Shown: piece by piece, positions 30,500-40,518 of the stretch
Position numbering within the stretch: position 1 is the first letter of the stretch
Layout of the letters: every line of letters starts with the position of its first letter
Source of the DNA: Chloropicon primus
Lineage: Eukaryota
DNA: 64,000 nt
Assembly: GCA_023205875.1 (NCBI GenBank)
Contig: CP060767.1
Coordinates: 1-64,000 of the forward strand
Reading direction: 5' to 3'
Notes under the pieces: model-generated
Databases searched by the model: none
Seen by the model: the letters and a program-made list of their open reading frames with translations, nothing else
What the model was told of the DNA's origin: nothing
Translations under genes and position numbers: made by a program

Positions 30500-30822
30500 G
30501 GCGCCTCACCGCCCACCACGACACACAAAGATGGATCAATCCAGGATCGTAGAATCCTGGCCTGGTCTGCTGATCCAGGGGGATGGAGGGGGAAGGATTG
30601 GACAAGCTTTGGAGGAACAGCAGCAGGGGAGGGCGTGGGAACTGCGCTGGCCGTGAGTCATGGGATCTTCCCGTACGCACACAACATCAACATCATCATC
30701 ATCATCAACATCGCAGAGGTTTGGTTTGGTTTGGTTTGGGTTGGATTTGGTTCGTGCAGCAAAAGTAACCGAAAAATGAATGATGTGATTACATTGGGCG
30801 CTGGATGATTATTTTACGTTAC

Positions 30823-32652
30823 CTAAACCTTGACTACTGGAGTGCTGACGCTCTCCTTCTTCTCCGTGGCTTCGACGGACATGCTCTTCATCTCCTCGAT
30901 CACAGCCTCCCACTTCTTGGCTGGTTCCGCCCAACTGAGGTCCTGAGAGATGCACTTTCTCGACATGGACGCGTAGACCTCACTCCCGTAGGTCTCCACC
31001 GCTCGGGCCACCGTGGTGGCGACCGCCGAGGCATCCTCCTCGGTGAGCTCGTCCGCGTCCAGGGCACCGATGTGGAACCCGGTGACGCCCTCCTTGACGG
31101 TGTCCACAAGACCTCCAGTGGACGACACGATGGGGACGCTGCCGTAAGTCATGGCCTGCAACTGGATGAGCCCGCAAGGCTCGAACCTGGATGGGATGGC
31201 AAGGAAATCGGAGCCTGCGAAGATGAGGTGGGCCAGGGGGGTGGAGAACTTGACCACACCCTTGACGTTCTCGGGGAACTCGACATCGAGGTTCTTGACC
31301 AGTTTTTCGAATTTCTTCTTTCCGGTTCCAAGGACAACGACCTGGCACTTGCACCTCTCCTGGATCTCTGGAATGGCCTTGAGGAGGATGTCCACGCCCT
31401 TCTGCTCCTCCAGCCTTCCGATGAAGCCCATGAGAGGGATGGTCGCGTCGACCTCGAGCCCCAGCTCGGCCTGCAGAGCCTCCTTGGCAGCCGCCTTTCC
31501 CTCGGCGACGCTGTTTGGACCGTACTTGACCGGGATGTACTTGTCCTTGACCGGGTTGAAGTCGTTGTTGTCCATCCCGTTGACGATGCCCTCGATGCCG
31601 CCCGCGGCCTCGATGATCTTGTCCAGCTCAACCCCCTTGGAGGCGTCGGCGACGACCTCCTCCGCGTAGTTGGGGGACACCGTGATGTTCCTGTCGGCGG
31701 CGTAGAATCCGGCTTGCATCCAGTTGAGCTTCCCGTAGGTCGTCCCGAGCTCCGAGGCATCCTCCAGCTTCTCGGACTCGTCGGCCGGGGTGAGCTCCGA
31801 GTAGACCTTGTTGTACCCGTCCTCGAACGCGAAGAGCTCCTTGGACGACTCTGGGAGCCCCAAGGTGTCCCAGGTGTCCTCCCAGAACCTGCCCTGGAAG
31901 GCGATGTTGTGCACGCAGAAGGCGCACTTGGCGTCCGCGAACTGCCCGCTCGGCTTGTACACGTCCCTGAGGAGGACCGGCACGAGGGCAGAGTGCCAGT
32001 CGTTGGCGACGAAGGTGACGTTCTCCCCGTAGGAGAAGGGCAAGCAGCGCGCGGCCTCGATGGCGGCCTCGCAGAACATCCTGAACCTCTTCGAGTTGTC
32101 GATGAAGTCAGCCCCGGACTTGAGGCCGTACAGCTTGCTCCCGGTCTTGCCCCAGACCTTGGCGAGGAAGCAAGGGTGGTCCACGAACACGCGGTCCACG
32201 CCCTTCTTCTTGCTGTGGAAGAACCCCACCTTCTCCCCCATGATCTCCAGCACCACGCTCGTGTCCCAAGCGTCGCTGTACTGGTCGTACCTCGGCGCCA
32301 CGGTCATCACCCTGTGCCCCCTCTTCGCGAGCTCCACGGGAAGGCCGCCCACCACGTCCCCGAGCCCCCCCGTCTTGCTCCATGGAGCGACTTCGGCGGC
32401 CACGAACACGATGTCCTGCGGCGTGTGAGGGAGCTCCACGAGGGGCTTATCCGGAGCGGCAGCAGCCGCGGCAGCCGCTGCGACCTTCTCCGCCCTCGCC
32501 ACCACCACCGCCCTCGTGCCACCACCACCAACCTTCCTCCGAGCTCGGAGATCATCCACACCACCACGACAACGGATGATGTTTTTCACATCCCTCCTCG
32601 TCGTCGTCGTCGTCACCTGGCTCCTCGCCGCGGCCTTGGTCATCATCGTCAT
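30823..32652 (-). CDS. GBSS: Granule-bound starch synthase I
   Basis: EVAPWSKTGGLGDV, APRYDQY.DAWDTSV, VWGKTGSKLYG, FIGRLEEQKG, PSRFEPCGLIQLQAM; transit-like N-terminus. Confidence 0.95.
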   Translation of the reverse strand: MTMMTKAAARSQVTTTTTRRDVKNIIRCRGGVDDLRARRKVGGGGTRAVVVARAEKVAAAAAAAAAPDKPLVELPHTPQDIVFVAAEVAPWSKTGGLGDVVGGLPVELAKRGHRVMTVAPRYDQYSDAWDTSVVLEIMGEKVGFFHSKKKGVDRVFVDHPCFLAKVWGKTGSKLYGLKSGADFIDNSKRFRMFCEAAIEAARCLPFSYGENVTFVANDWHSALVPVLLRDVYKPSGQFADAKCAFCVHNIAFQGRFWEDTWDTLGLPESSKELFAFEDGYNKVYSELTPADESEKLEDASELGTTYGKLNWMQAGFYAADRNITVSPNYAEEVVADASKGVELDKIIEAAGGIEGIVNGMDNNDFNPVKDKYIPVKYGPNSVAEGKAAAKEALQAELGLEVDATIPLMGFIGRLEEQKGVDILLKAIPEIQERCKCQVVVLGTGKKKFEKLVKNLDVEFPENVKGVVKFSTPLAHLIFAGSDFLAIPSRFEPCGLIQLQAMTYGSVPIVSSTGGLVDTVKEGVTGFHIGALDADELTEEDASAVATTVARAVETYGSEVYASMSRKCISQDLSWAEPAKKWEAVIEEMKSMSVEATEKKESVSTPVVKV

Positions 32653-32691
32653 CGCGAGCGGCGACCGGTACCCCTTCTCCTCCTCGTCGTC

Positions 32692-32726
<35 letters not shown>

Positions 32727-33440
32727 GATCGTTCTGATGATCTCCGCTTTGAACCAATCGTGAGGCTGAGGAGCTTCGACAGCAAGATCCAGCTGGATCT
32801 GGAAATATCTAACCTAAATCTTGGAAGGACGACGATGCCATGACCATGACGACGACGGTAGTGCACCTTTGAAAGGAAAGACAATCTCTTTGGTGATGAC
32901 TTGGACCTGCCGCACCCTCCTCACTCCGAGGCCTTTGTCTTGGTGGACAGAGGAGGTGCTATCCAGGCTCGGGCCCCAGCGACGGTGTGTGACTGGACAC
33001 CGAGGCGTGTAACGAGCACAACCGTGGGATGGAATCAATCGATCAATCACACGCTCTCCTGATCCAAATCACACACACACTCACACTCACACTCACACTC
33101 ACACGCACGCACACACGCACACATGCTCTCCTCTCTACCTCATCAGATGGAGGTGATGATGGTTCGTTTCATCAACTCGCTCGGAAAAGGGAAAAGGGAG
33201 GAAGTCCGTTTCGCCCCCCCCCCCAACAAGAATACGCCACAAATACCAAATAGGTGCGTGGCTGTCGATCTTGGCACTGGCCCAGCCACTGGAAGCAGGT
33301 ATTGACGTGACATTAAGTATTGGTTACACGGGGTCGCACGAGAGCAGCAGCTCTCTCTCTCTCTTCTCTCATGCTCATGCGATGAGGATTGATCCATCCA
33401 TCCATCCATGTGCACGCACCGCACGGCACGGCACCCGGCG

Positions 33441-34016
33441 TCAGGCGTACCTCCTGAGGAAGTTGATGAGGAAGATGACCAGGATGCCGCTGATGTCCAC
33501 CAGGGAGTTGCCCAGCCGAAGCGGCGGGATGAGCTGCCTGAAGGGCTGAAACACCGGCTCCGTGATTTGCCTCGCCAGGTTCACCACGGGGTCCAGGAGG
33601 GGCGGCAGGTTCGGGAACCAGGACGTCAAGATGCGAACCAGGACAGCGACGTAGAACACGTCCAAAACGGTGCCGAACAGGCTCGCCTGCAGGGCAATGG
33701 CCGCCGGGGCCGCCGTCCTCGCCGCCGCCCCTCCAACACACCCAGGGCGTCCTCCAACGTCCTCCCTCTCCTGCCCCTCCCCCCGCCCACCCACGGCGTC
33801 CGGATACTTGGCGAGCGCCTCCTCGAGGGACTCGGAGCGCCACGACCACCACTTTGCCTCCGCTCCTGTGCCACTTGGACCTAGGCCCAAGGCCCCGAGT
33901 CTCGTTGTCGCATCCCCCGCCGTCCTACGCTTGCCTTGTCGCCTCCGCAACGCTTCCCCACGCGGCACCGCCGCCAACGTCACACCCCTCACCCTCACCC
34001 TCGCCCCCGCCTTCAT
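33441..34016 (-). CDS. YGGT-family (YlmG-like) plastid membrane protein
   Basis: LVRILTSWFPN...ITEPVFQPFRQLIPPL...DISGIL. Confidence 0.88.
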   Translation of the reverse strand: MKAGARVRVRGVTLAAVPRGEALRRRQGKRRTAGDATTRLGALGLGPSGTGAEAKWWSWRSESLEEALAKYPDAVGGRGEGQEREDVGGRPGCVGGAAARTAAPAAIALQASLFGTVLDVFYVAVLVRILTSWFPNLPPLLDPVVNLARQITEPVFQPFRQLIPPLRLGNSLVDISGILVIFLINFLRRYA

Positions 34017-34408
34017 GCCTCTCCCTGCCTCCACCCTGGCCTCTCTCTCTCTCTCTCTCTCTCCCTCGAGCGAGAGCTTCCCCACCCGAACGCACGTCCG
34101 ACGTTTGCTTCGAGCGACGCAGCAAGAGCGCCCTCCTCCCCCTTGGCCTCTCCCTCACTCCCTCCTGGTCCCTTGGCGCTCTCACGAGAGCCTCTCTCAC
34201 CGCTTTGCTCGTACAACTGGATAAGGCTGCGCTCTGGCGTTAACTCACTCCAGTGGAGGGATTGAGTCCTCTGTTCCGCTCCGAGGGCTGGGAGGACAGG
34301 ACAGGGGGAAGGCAAAGCAATCTACCTCAACCAAAACACCTTTGGATGGATTGGACGGAAGCCTCACTCCCTCGCTCTCGCCGCGATACGCTTGCAGGTT
34401 CGCCAGCG

Positions 34409-35386
34409 ATGAGGATGAGGATGAGGATGAGGTGCAGGTGGCAGGGGGTGCGAGGTCGTGGTGGAAGGGTTGCCACCACGAGGGCGAAGAGGGTGGAGGT
34501 CTCGACGCAGGGAGAGGTGTCGAGGTCTCTACAGGACATCGAAGCGGTCATCTTCGACTGTGACGGAGTCATCTGGAGGGGGATGACGGCGATTGCTGGG
34601 GCAGCCGAGGCCATCCGAGGGCTCGAAAGGAAGGGGAAGCGGGTGATGTACCTGACAAACAACAGCACGAAATCTCGTGAGCAGTGTGCGGCCAAGCTGG
34701 GCCACTTTGATGTCAAAGCCGACAAGAGCCAGGTGATCTGCAGCTCCTCCTCGGCGGCAAGGTATCTGGACAGCATCGGCTTTGATCGGGAGTCCCTCAA
34801 GGTTCTCGTCGTGGGTCAGGAGGGCATCACGATAGAGCTCCAGGAGGCGGGGTACGAGGTGGTTCCCTGCTCGGAGGCCACCCCCTCGTCGGAGGCCAAG
34901 TGCACGATCGGTGAGTTTGAGGAAATCACCATCGATGAAAAGGTAGGTGCTCTGGTGGTAGGGGTCGACGACTCCTTCTCGTACAGCAAGCTCTGCGTCG
35001 CGTCCTTGTACCTTTCCCAGGTCGAGGGTTGTGTCTTTGTTGCCACCAATCGGGATGTTGGCGACCGCGTGGGGGACGATGGGAGGCGCATCCCGGGCGC
35101 TGGTCCAGTGGTGGCCGCGGTGGAAACGGCCAGTGGCAGGAAAGCCACAAACGTGGGCAAGGGGGGGAGTTGGCTTCTGCCTCACCTCCTGGAAACAATG
35201 CAACTCGACGCGGGCAAGACTTGCATTGTGGGGGACAGGATCGACACCGACATCGCGCTGGGAAAGGAGAGCGGCATGCTCACCATACTGCCTCTCACCG
35301 GAGTCACCGACGAAGCTGACCTCGAGGCGTGTCCGGAAGAAAGCTACCCCGACCTCGTCGTGGAATCAATCGCTACCCTCCTATGA
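34409..35386 (+). CDS. Phosphoglycolate/pyridoxal phosphatase-like HAD IIA hydrolase
   Basis: IFDCDGVIW, LTNNSTKSR, FVATNRD, NVGK, IVGDRIDTDI..G, LTGVT. Confidence 0.9.
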   Translation: MRMRMRMRCRWQGVRGRGGRVATTRAKRVEVSTQGEVSRSLQDIEAVIFDCDGVIWRGMTAIAGAAEAIRGLERKGKRVMYLTNNSTKSREQCAAKLGHFDVKADKSQVICSSSSAARYLDSIGFDRESLKVLVVGQEGITIELQEAGYEVVPCSEATPSSEAKCTIGEFEEITIDEKVGALVVGVDDSFSYSKLCVASLYLSQVEGCVFVATNRDVGDRVGDDGRRIPGAGPVVAAVETASGRKATNVGKGGSWLLPHLLETMQLDAGKTCIVGDRIDTDIALGKESGMLTILPLTGVTDEADLEACPEESYPDLVVESIATLL

Positions 35387-35437
35387 TCTCATCTATAGAT
35401 TACCTTTTACATTACAGCAGATTTCTCTCTCGCCCTC

Positions 35438-35887
35438 CTAGTCCAGCGCCATCGCTTCAGCCCTCTGAGCATTCCCAAGGTAGTGGTGACAAAACTGAGC
35501 AACTCGTTGCGACGACCGAGAGTCGTCATCCCGGTAAATGGCAATCACAATCATGGTCTGGTTCGTGCGGACGAGGAGCCCGCCCCCCTGAGCCAGTGAA
35601 CGGAGCACCCACTCCTGGTAATCCACATGGGTCGCGATGAACGGCACGTCGTTCAACTTGACGACGCCCTTGTGCAACTCCTTCGACTCGATCAGCTGCA
35701 GGATGTTGGCCAGCTCTGAGGTCTTGGCTTTCCACACTCCGCAGGTCGTCCACAATAACCGCTTGACGTCCGCCTTTGTGATGGCTTGGCCTGGCGGAGG
35801 ACGCTGCAAGACAGCCATCCCTTCTATTACCTTCCCCGCACCCACGTTCTTCTTCACCCACTCCTTCCAGGCAAACTGGTGATCCAT
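35438..35887 (-). CDS. Divergent profilin-like protein
   Basis: 149 aa; N-terminal AWKEWV, G.AVL...LW, E...IL, KLNDVPFI, GGGLLVRTNQTMIVIAIY, final helix ending ..HYL, matching profilin element order. Confidence 0.6.
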   Translation of the reverse strand: MDHQFAWKEWVKKNVGAGKVIEGMAVLQRPPPGQAITKADVKRLLWTTCGVWKAKTSELANILQLIESKELHKGVVKLNDVPFIATHVDYQEWVLRSLAQGGGLLVRTNQTMIVIAIYRDDDSRSSQRVAQFCHHYLGNAQRAEAMALD

Positions 35888-36322
35888 CCTTTGCTCCTTC
35901 CTTTCCCTCGCCAGGAATCAAGCAATCTCGTTCAGACGGCGGGTCAATCCTTCGCCGATGCCGTCAACCAAGGTACCAATGGAAAGATCTCGAGATGTAA
36001 TTTCGTGTGGTGCCCTCGCCGCGCGCTTCCTCTCCCGCCCTCGTCGTCAAAACCCTCGCTGATTGCGTTCCACCCCTCCACCTTGGTCGCAGCGTTGTCT
36101 GGATGGATGCAGGCCTGATGGCGGGCGGGATGGAGGGGGTGAATGGTGGTGGGTGAGGGGAGGGAAGGCAACAGGGGGAGGGAGGGAGGGAGGGAGGGAG
36201 GGAGGCATTGTCTCTTGCCCTTTGCAATGAAATACCTCACTCGCTCACTTTTCTTGCCCTAGACAGAGAGGATGGATGGATGGATGGATGGATGGATGGA
36301 TACAAAGGCGAGTCGATTGAAA

Positions 36323-38005
36323 TCAGGCAATGTCGAAATTAGAGGGGGCAGGGATACTGTGTTGCTTCATGATTTCTTCCGTGGCTTGCGCCACGACCTT
36401 CCTCTCCAGAACAAGGAGCTCCTTGTAGTGCTCGCCGACCTCAAACTCCAAAAAGTCGCTGTCGCACGCATCCACGAGCCGTGCGAGCTCCTTCAGGTTC
36501 CTTACCGGCTGTCCGTTGAAAGACTGGACTGTAAGGTTGGAAAATTCATCCGGCTCATACCCCGTCGTGGCCTCACTCGCCAGGATCTGGCTCAGGACCA
36601 CGACCTGCTGGTCCTCGTGCTCTGCCATGGAGTACATCGAACTCAGGAGTCTAACCGGGGAGTTCCTCTCAAAGTCGTCGCCAAACTCGCTGCGGAGGTA
36701 AAGGACCGTCACCGCAGTGAACACGAGCCCCCCCACCACGAGGTAGGGTGGGTCATCATCCATGCCCAGGGGAATTTTCCGCGTAACCCCGCCGAGCTTC
36801 AGGGTCAGGTCGAGCGACTCCCCATTCCTGAGAACTTTGACCTTGGCCTCGTCCCCGATGAATTTCTGACTGATGAGGTGGCCGAAAGCGATCCTCTCGC
36901 CCTTCCTGAACGGGACGGTCCCGTCGCAAGCGATCTCCGTCCCCTCGAACTCGAGCAAGACGTCCCCCTTCTCCAGGACGCCGTGCGAGCAGCTCGTCGG
37001 CTCGATCGCTCGGATCATGATGCCCTTGTGGTCCCTCTCCAGCCCGTGCTTGGCCCGCAGCGCATCGCTCTCGATTTTTTGAAAGTAGACGCCGATGACG
37101 GGGAAGCCTGGCCTGACCGAGTCCCTCGTCCTCGCGTACTCGGCCAAAAAGTGCGCCACGACCGGCGTAGGAATGATCCAACCAATATTCTCCGCATCGG
37201 CGGCGTCGTAGGACTGGAAGGCGATCCCGCAGCACCTCCCGTTCCTGTCGAACACGGGGCCGCCGCTGTTGCCGCTGTTGATGGCCGCATCAATCTGGAT
37301 CCCAAGGAGCTCCCTGCTCCCGTGGACGTAGCTCGTCGTCTCGCATCGGCTCACGACCCCGGACGTGACGCTGATAGTCTCCCCCCCCACGGGGTAGCCA
37401 ACCACCACGGCTTCGTCCTGCAGCCGGGGCAAGGGACCGAACTCAAGAGGAGTAATGTCCTTCCAGAAATCCTCGTCGTCTACCGTCATCAGAGCCATAT
37501 CTCCCTCTCTGCACGTGCAGAGGACCTTGGCGGTGTACTTCCTGTCGTCGCCGCGCTTCTTCACCTTCACCACGGTGCTAAACGCGACGCTGTGGGCGTT
37601 CGTGAGCAGCCAGCCCTTTCCCTTGCCAGAGGGGGACTCGATGACAAATCCCGTTGAGTATGAAGAGTATTGCCTCGAGCGTTGCCACGGCATGCTGAAC
37701 GACGGCTCCGAGTGGAGGCAGTAAACCTTCACAACAGCGTCGAGGAGCTTGCTGCTCATCTCTTCCCTCTGGCCCGGGGTCTCCACGAGATCGTTAATCT
37801 GGTCGGCCCAAACCTCCCAGTCCTCCACCTTCTGGCCCACCGCCGCCTGGCACCGCGGCCCCCTCGTCCTCCTCGGGTCCTCGCAACGCCTCCTCTGCGG
37901 TGCACCCACCCTTTGCCCACTCTTCCTCCACCTGATCCTCCCCACGTCCGTCCTCCCCTCCCCGGCGCCTCTCCCCGTCGCCTGCCTCCTCCCGAGCCCC
38001 TTCAT
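36323..38005 (-). CDS. Deg/HtrA protease, Deg2/9/10 subfamily
   Basis: DAVVKVYC.HSEP.FSMPWQR, LTNAHSV, DMALM, DAAINSGNSGGP, two PDZ regions. Confidence 0.93.
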   Translation of the reverse strand: MKGLGRRQATGRGAGEGRTDVGRIRWRKSGQRVGAPQRRRCEDPRRTRGPRCQAAVGQKVEDWEVWADQINDLVETPGQREEMSSKLLDAVVKVYCLHSEPSFSMPWQRSRQYSSYSTGFVIESPSGKGKGWLLTNAHSVAFSTVVKVKKRGDDRKYTAKVLCTCREGDMALMTVDDEDFWKDITPLEFGPLPRLQDEAVVVGYPVGGETISVTSGVVSRCETTSYVHGSRELLGIQIDAAINSGNSGGPVFDRNGRCCGIAFQSYDAADAENIGWIIPTPVVAHFLAEYARTRDSVRPGFPVIGVYFQKIESDALRAKHGLERDHKGIMIRAIEPTSCSHGVLEKGDVLLEFEGTEIACDGTVPFRKGERIAFGHLISQKFIGDEAKVKVLRNGESLDLTLKLGGVTRKIPLGMDDDPPYLVVGGLVFTAVTVLYLRSEFGDDFERNSPVRLLSSMYSMAEHEDQQVVVLSQILASEATTGYEPDEFSNLTVQSFNGQPVRNLKELARLVDACDSDFLEFEVGEHYKELLVLERKVVAQATEEIMKQHSIPAPSNFDIA

Positions 38006-38643
38006 CCTCTCCTTCTCCTGCCACAGCCCAGCAATGCGTCTGTCAGTGTCATTTCCTCACCGAGCCGTCATTCCTTTCACCAGAAGGCTCGTTCGAAAGA
38101 GTAAAACGTAACGCTTCCGATGGCCACGCCCTCCTTTTCTCGTTCGCGTTCGTCCTCCTCCCCTCACTCCTTCACTCACTCACCTCCTTCCCTCTCCTCT
38201 CTCACCCTTATCCACTCCGCTCAATATTGTAACCAGACGCGAGGTGAGGAGGGCGACTGGGCCAGGAGGGGGGAGGCGGCGGGAGGGAGGAGGGAGGAGG
38301 GAGGAAGGGGGTCCAGGGGATCAGGAAATTGATTCTCGTATCCTTTCCACACCTCGCTCGTTCGCGGAAGGGTTCGTGTTCGTCTTTGCTGGCGAGGATT
38401 AGAAACTTTCTGCTTGATTTTTCCTTATACATGACTGGAACAATATTCTACACTTGGGATGAGCCAGCAAGACAAAGCACGAGCCGCGAACTCCAGGGAG
38501 GAATCCTCCTCGTCCTCCTCGTCCTCCTCCACGATGTGTTTTGTTTTGGTTGTCCTCAAACGGGTTCGTGTTGTGCTGACTCTGACTTCCTTGAACGTTC
38601 TGTGTTTCCTCAACCTTCGTACTTCTCCGGGTCAATTGATGCA

Positions 38644-39300
38644 ATGGCGTTGGCGTTGGCGCAACTCCGGGTAGCCTTGGGTGTTGGCTGGCTCGCCACT
38701 TCTGCCTCGGAGCTTGGCTCGTGCATGCTGAGGTGCCTTGCGGGCGTTACCGGAGTGAGGGCGGTAAGTGGGTTTGCGAGGATGGCGGCGGCAGGGGCGG
38801 GGTCGGACGAAGTTCGGGCGGTGGAGCCCCACTGGCTGCTCAAGGGGACGGTGATCCAGGGCTTTGGGAGGGGGAGCAAGGAGCTGGGCATTCCGACGGC
38901 AAACTTGGACGCCAAGTGTCTGAGCGAGGCTGGGGTGGACGACAACAACAGCAGCGGGGAAGGCGTGGTGAGCGGCATCTATTGCGGCTTTGCCTGCCTC
39001 CCCCGCGCCACCGAGGAAAGGAGCAAGGGCGTCCACCCCATGGTCATGTCGATCGGCTGGAACCCGTTTTACAAGAACAAGGAGCGCACCGTCGAGCCTT
39101 GGATTCTTCACGACTACGGCACAGATTTTCACGGCGAGGAGCTGCGGTTACTCGTTTGCTGTTACATCAGGCCCGAGCAGAACTTCACGAGTTTGGAAGC
39201 CCTGGTGGAGAGAATCCACGAGGACGCCAGGGTCACCAAGGTCACCCTGGAGAGGGAGGAGTACAAGGATCTCGCCGGCCACACCTTTTTGAGGGGCTGA
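38644..39300 (+). CDS. RFK: Riboflavin kinase (monofunctional eukaryotic type; alternative start 38782)
   Basis: GFGRGSKELGIPTANL, SGIYCG, MVMSIGWNPFYKN.ERTVEPWILH, YIRPEQNF.SLEAL...IHED. Confidence 0.92.
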   Translation: MALALAQLRVALGVGWLATSASELGSCMLRCLAGVTGVRAVSGFARMAAAGAGSDEVRAVEPHWLLKGTVIQGFGRGSKELGIPTANLDAKCLSEAGVDDNNSSGEGVVSGIYCGFACLPRATEERSKGVHPMVMSIGWNPFYKNKERTVEPWILHDYGTDFHGEELRLLVCCYIRPEQNFTSLEALVERIHEDARVTKVTLEREEYKDLAGHTFLRG

Positions 39301-39492
39301 GCGTGGCTGCTTCGTTTGCCAAGGGGAGACAGAGGAACGCGCTGCCTCCTCGAATTGTAATGTAATTCTTTGCGCGCTCCTCACCACGAGACCTCGGTGC
39401 AAACCCCTTCACAGAGTTGAGAGAGAGAGAGAGAGTGAGACTAAACAATGTATCGGACAAACACAACGCTCGTGGTGGGGTTGGTTACGCTC

Positions 39493-39729
39493 CTACTCCG
39501 GTGTTCTGTTGTTGCTGCTGTAGTGCGAGGTGACCCACTTGAGGTACTCTGGCGTGATGATGAGGAAGGATAGCAAGACCATGAGCAAGACCACGAACGC
39601 CACGAAAGCGACTTGGAAGTTCACTCTCCGCCTCTTTGCCTTTCGGTCAAAATCCCTGGCCTCCCTCACGGCTTCCCTGATCAGGTACGACAGGTCGTCC
39701 CTCTGCCCGCTCTCTTCCACCCCCTCCAT
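39493..39729 (-). CDS. Small single-pass membrane protein (78 aa), hypothetical
   Basis: First ATG in the ORF is at 39729; basic cluster KAKRRR followed by a hydrophobic helix; the upstream frame is open only through the repeat. Confidence 0.5.
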   Translation of the reverse strand: MEGVEESGQRDDLSYLIREAVREARDFDRKAKRRRVNFQVAFVAFVVLLMVLLSFLIITPEYLKWVTSHYSSNNRTPE

Positions 39730-39821
39730 GACGTACGTTCTCGAGCGGAATGCCAATCCCTCCACAAGTCCCTCCTCCTCCTCCTCCTTGGTCCTCCTCC
39801 TCGGTTCCGCCTTCCCTTCCA

Positions 39822-40415
39822 CCCTGCGCCCCACAACCCAAACACACTGCTCCTCCTCCTCCTCCTCGTCCTCGTCTGCAGCCGTTCCCCTCGCCCTGCG
39901 CCCCACAACCCAAACACACTGCTCCTCCTCCTCCTCCTCGTCCTCGTCTGCAGCCGTTCCCCTCGCCCTGCGCCCCACAACCCAAACACACTGCTCCTCC
40001 TCCTCCTCGTCGTCGTCCTCGTCTGCAGCCGTTCCCCTCGCCCTGCGCCCCACAACCCAAACACACTGCTCCTCCTCCTCCTCGTCGTCGTCCTCGTCTG
40101 CAGCCGTTCCCCTCGCCCTGCGCCCCACAACCCAAACACACTGCTCCTCCTCCTCCTCGTCGTCGTCCTCGTCTGCAGCCGTTCCCCTCGCCCTGCGCCC
40201 CACAACCCAAACACACTCCTCCTCCTCCTCCTCCTCGTCGTCGTCCTCGTCTGCAGCCGTTCCCCTCGCCCTGCGCCCCACAACCCAAACACACTCCTCC
40301 TCCTCCTCCTCCTCGTCGTCGTCCTCGTCTGCAGCCGTTCCCCTCGCCCTGCGCCCCACAACCCAAACACACTCCTCCTCCTCCTCCTCCTCCTCGTCGT
40401 CGTCCTCGTCGTCGC
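39822..40415. repeat. 72-78-bp minisatellite, ~8 copies, with variable internal (CCT)n/(CGT)n tract
   Basis: CCCTGCGCCCCACAACCCAAACACACT starts at 39822, 39894, 39966, 40041, 40116, 40191, 40269 and 40347. Confidence 0.95.
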
Positions 40416-40518
40416 CTCAGCCGTTACCCTCCCGCCCCGCCCTCCTCTCTCTGTGTGGTTTCCGGTTTCCCTCCAAAAGCAAAAGAGAAGAGAAGCGGCG
40501 ATCGCGATCGATCGATCG

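Noticed and set aside
34409..39300. HAD phosphatase plus riboflavin kinase as a split plant FHy/RFK fusion
   Set aside because: This HAD is subclass IIA (PGLP-like), not the type fused to RFK, and two genes intervene.
39613..40518. 300-aa N-terminal extension of ADA2 in the ORF track
   Set aside because: Starts at TTG and is simply the stop-free minisatellite read on the + strand.
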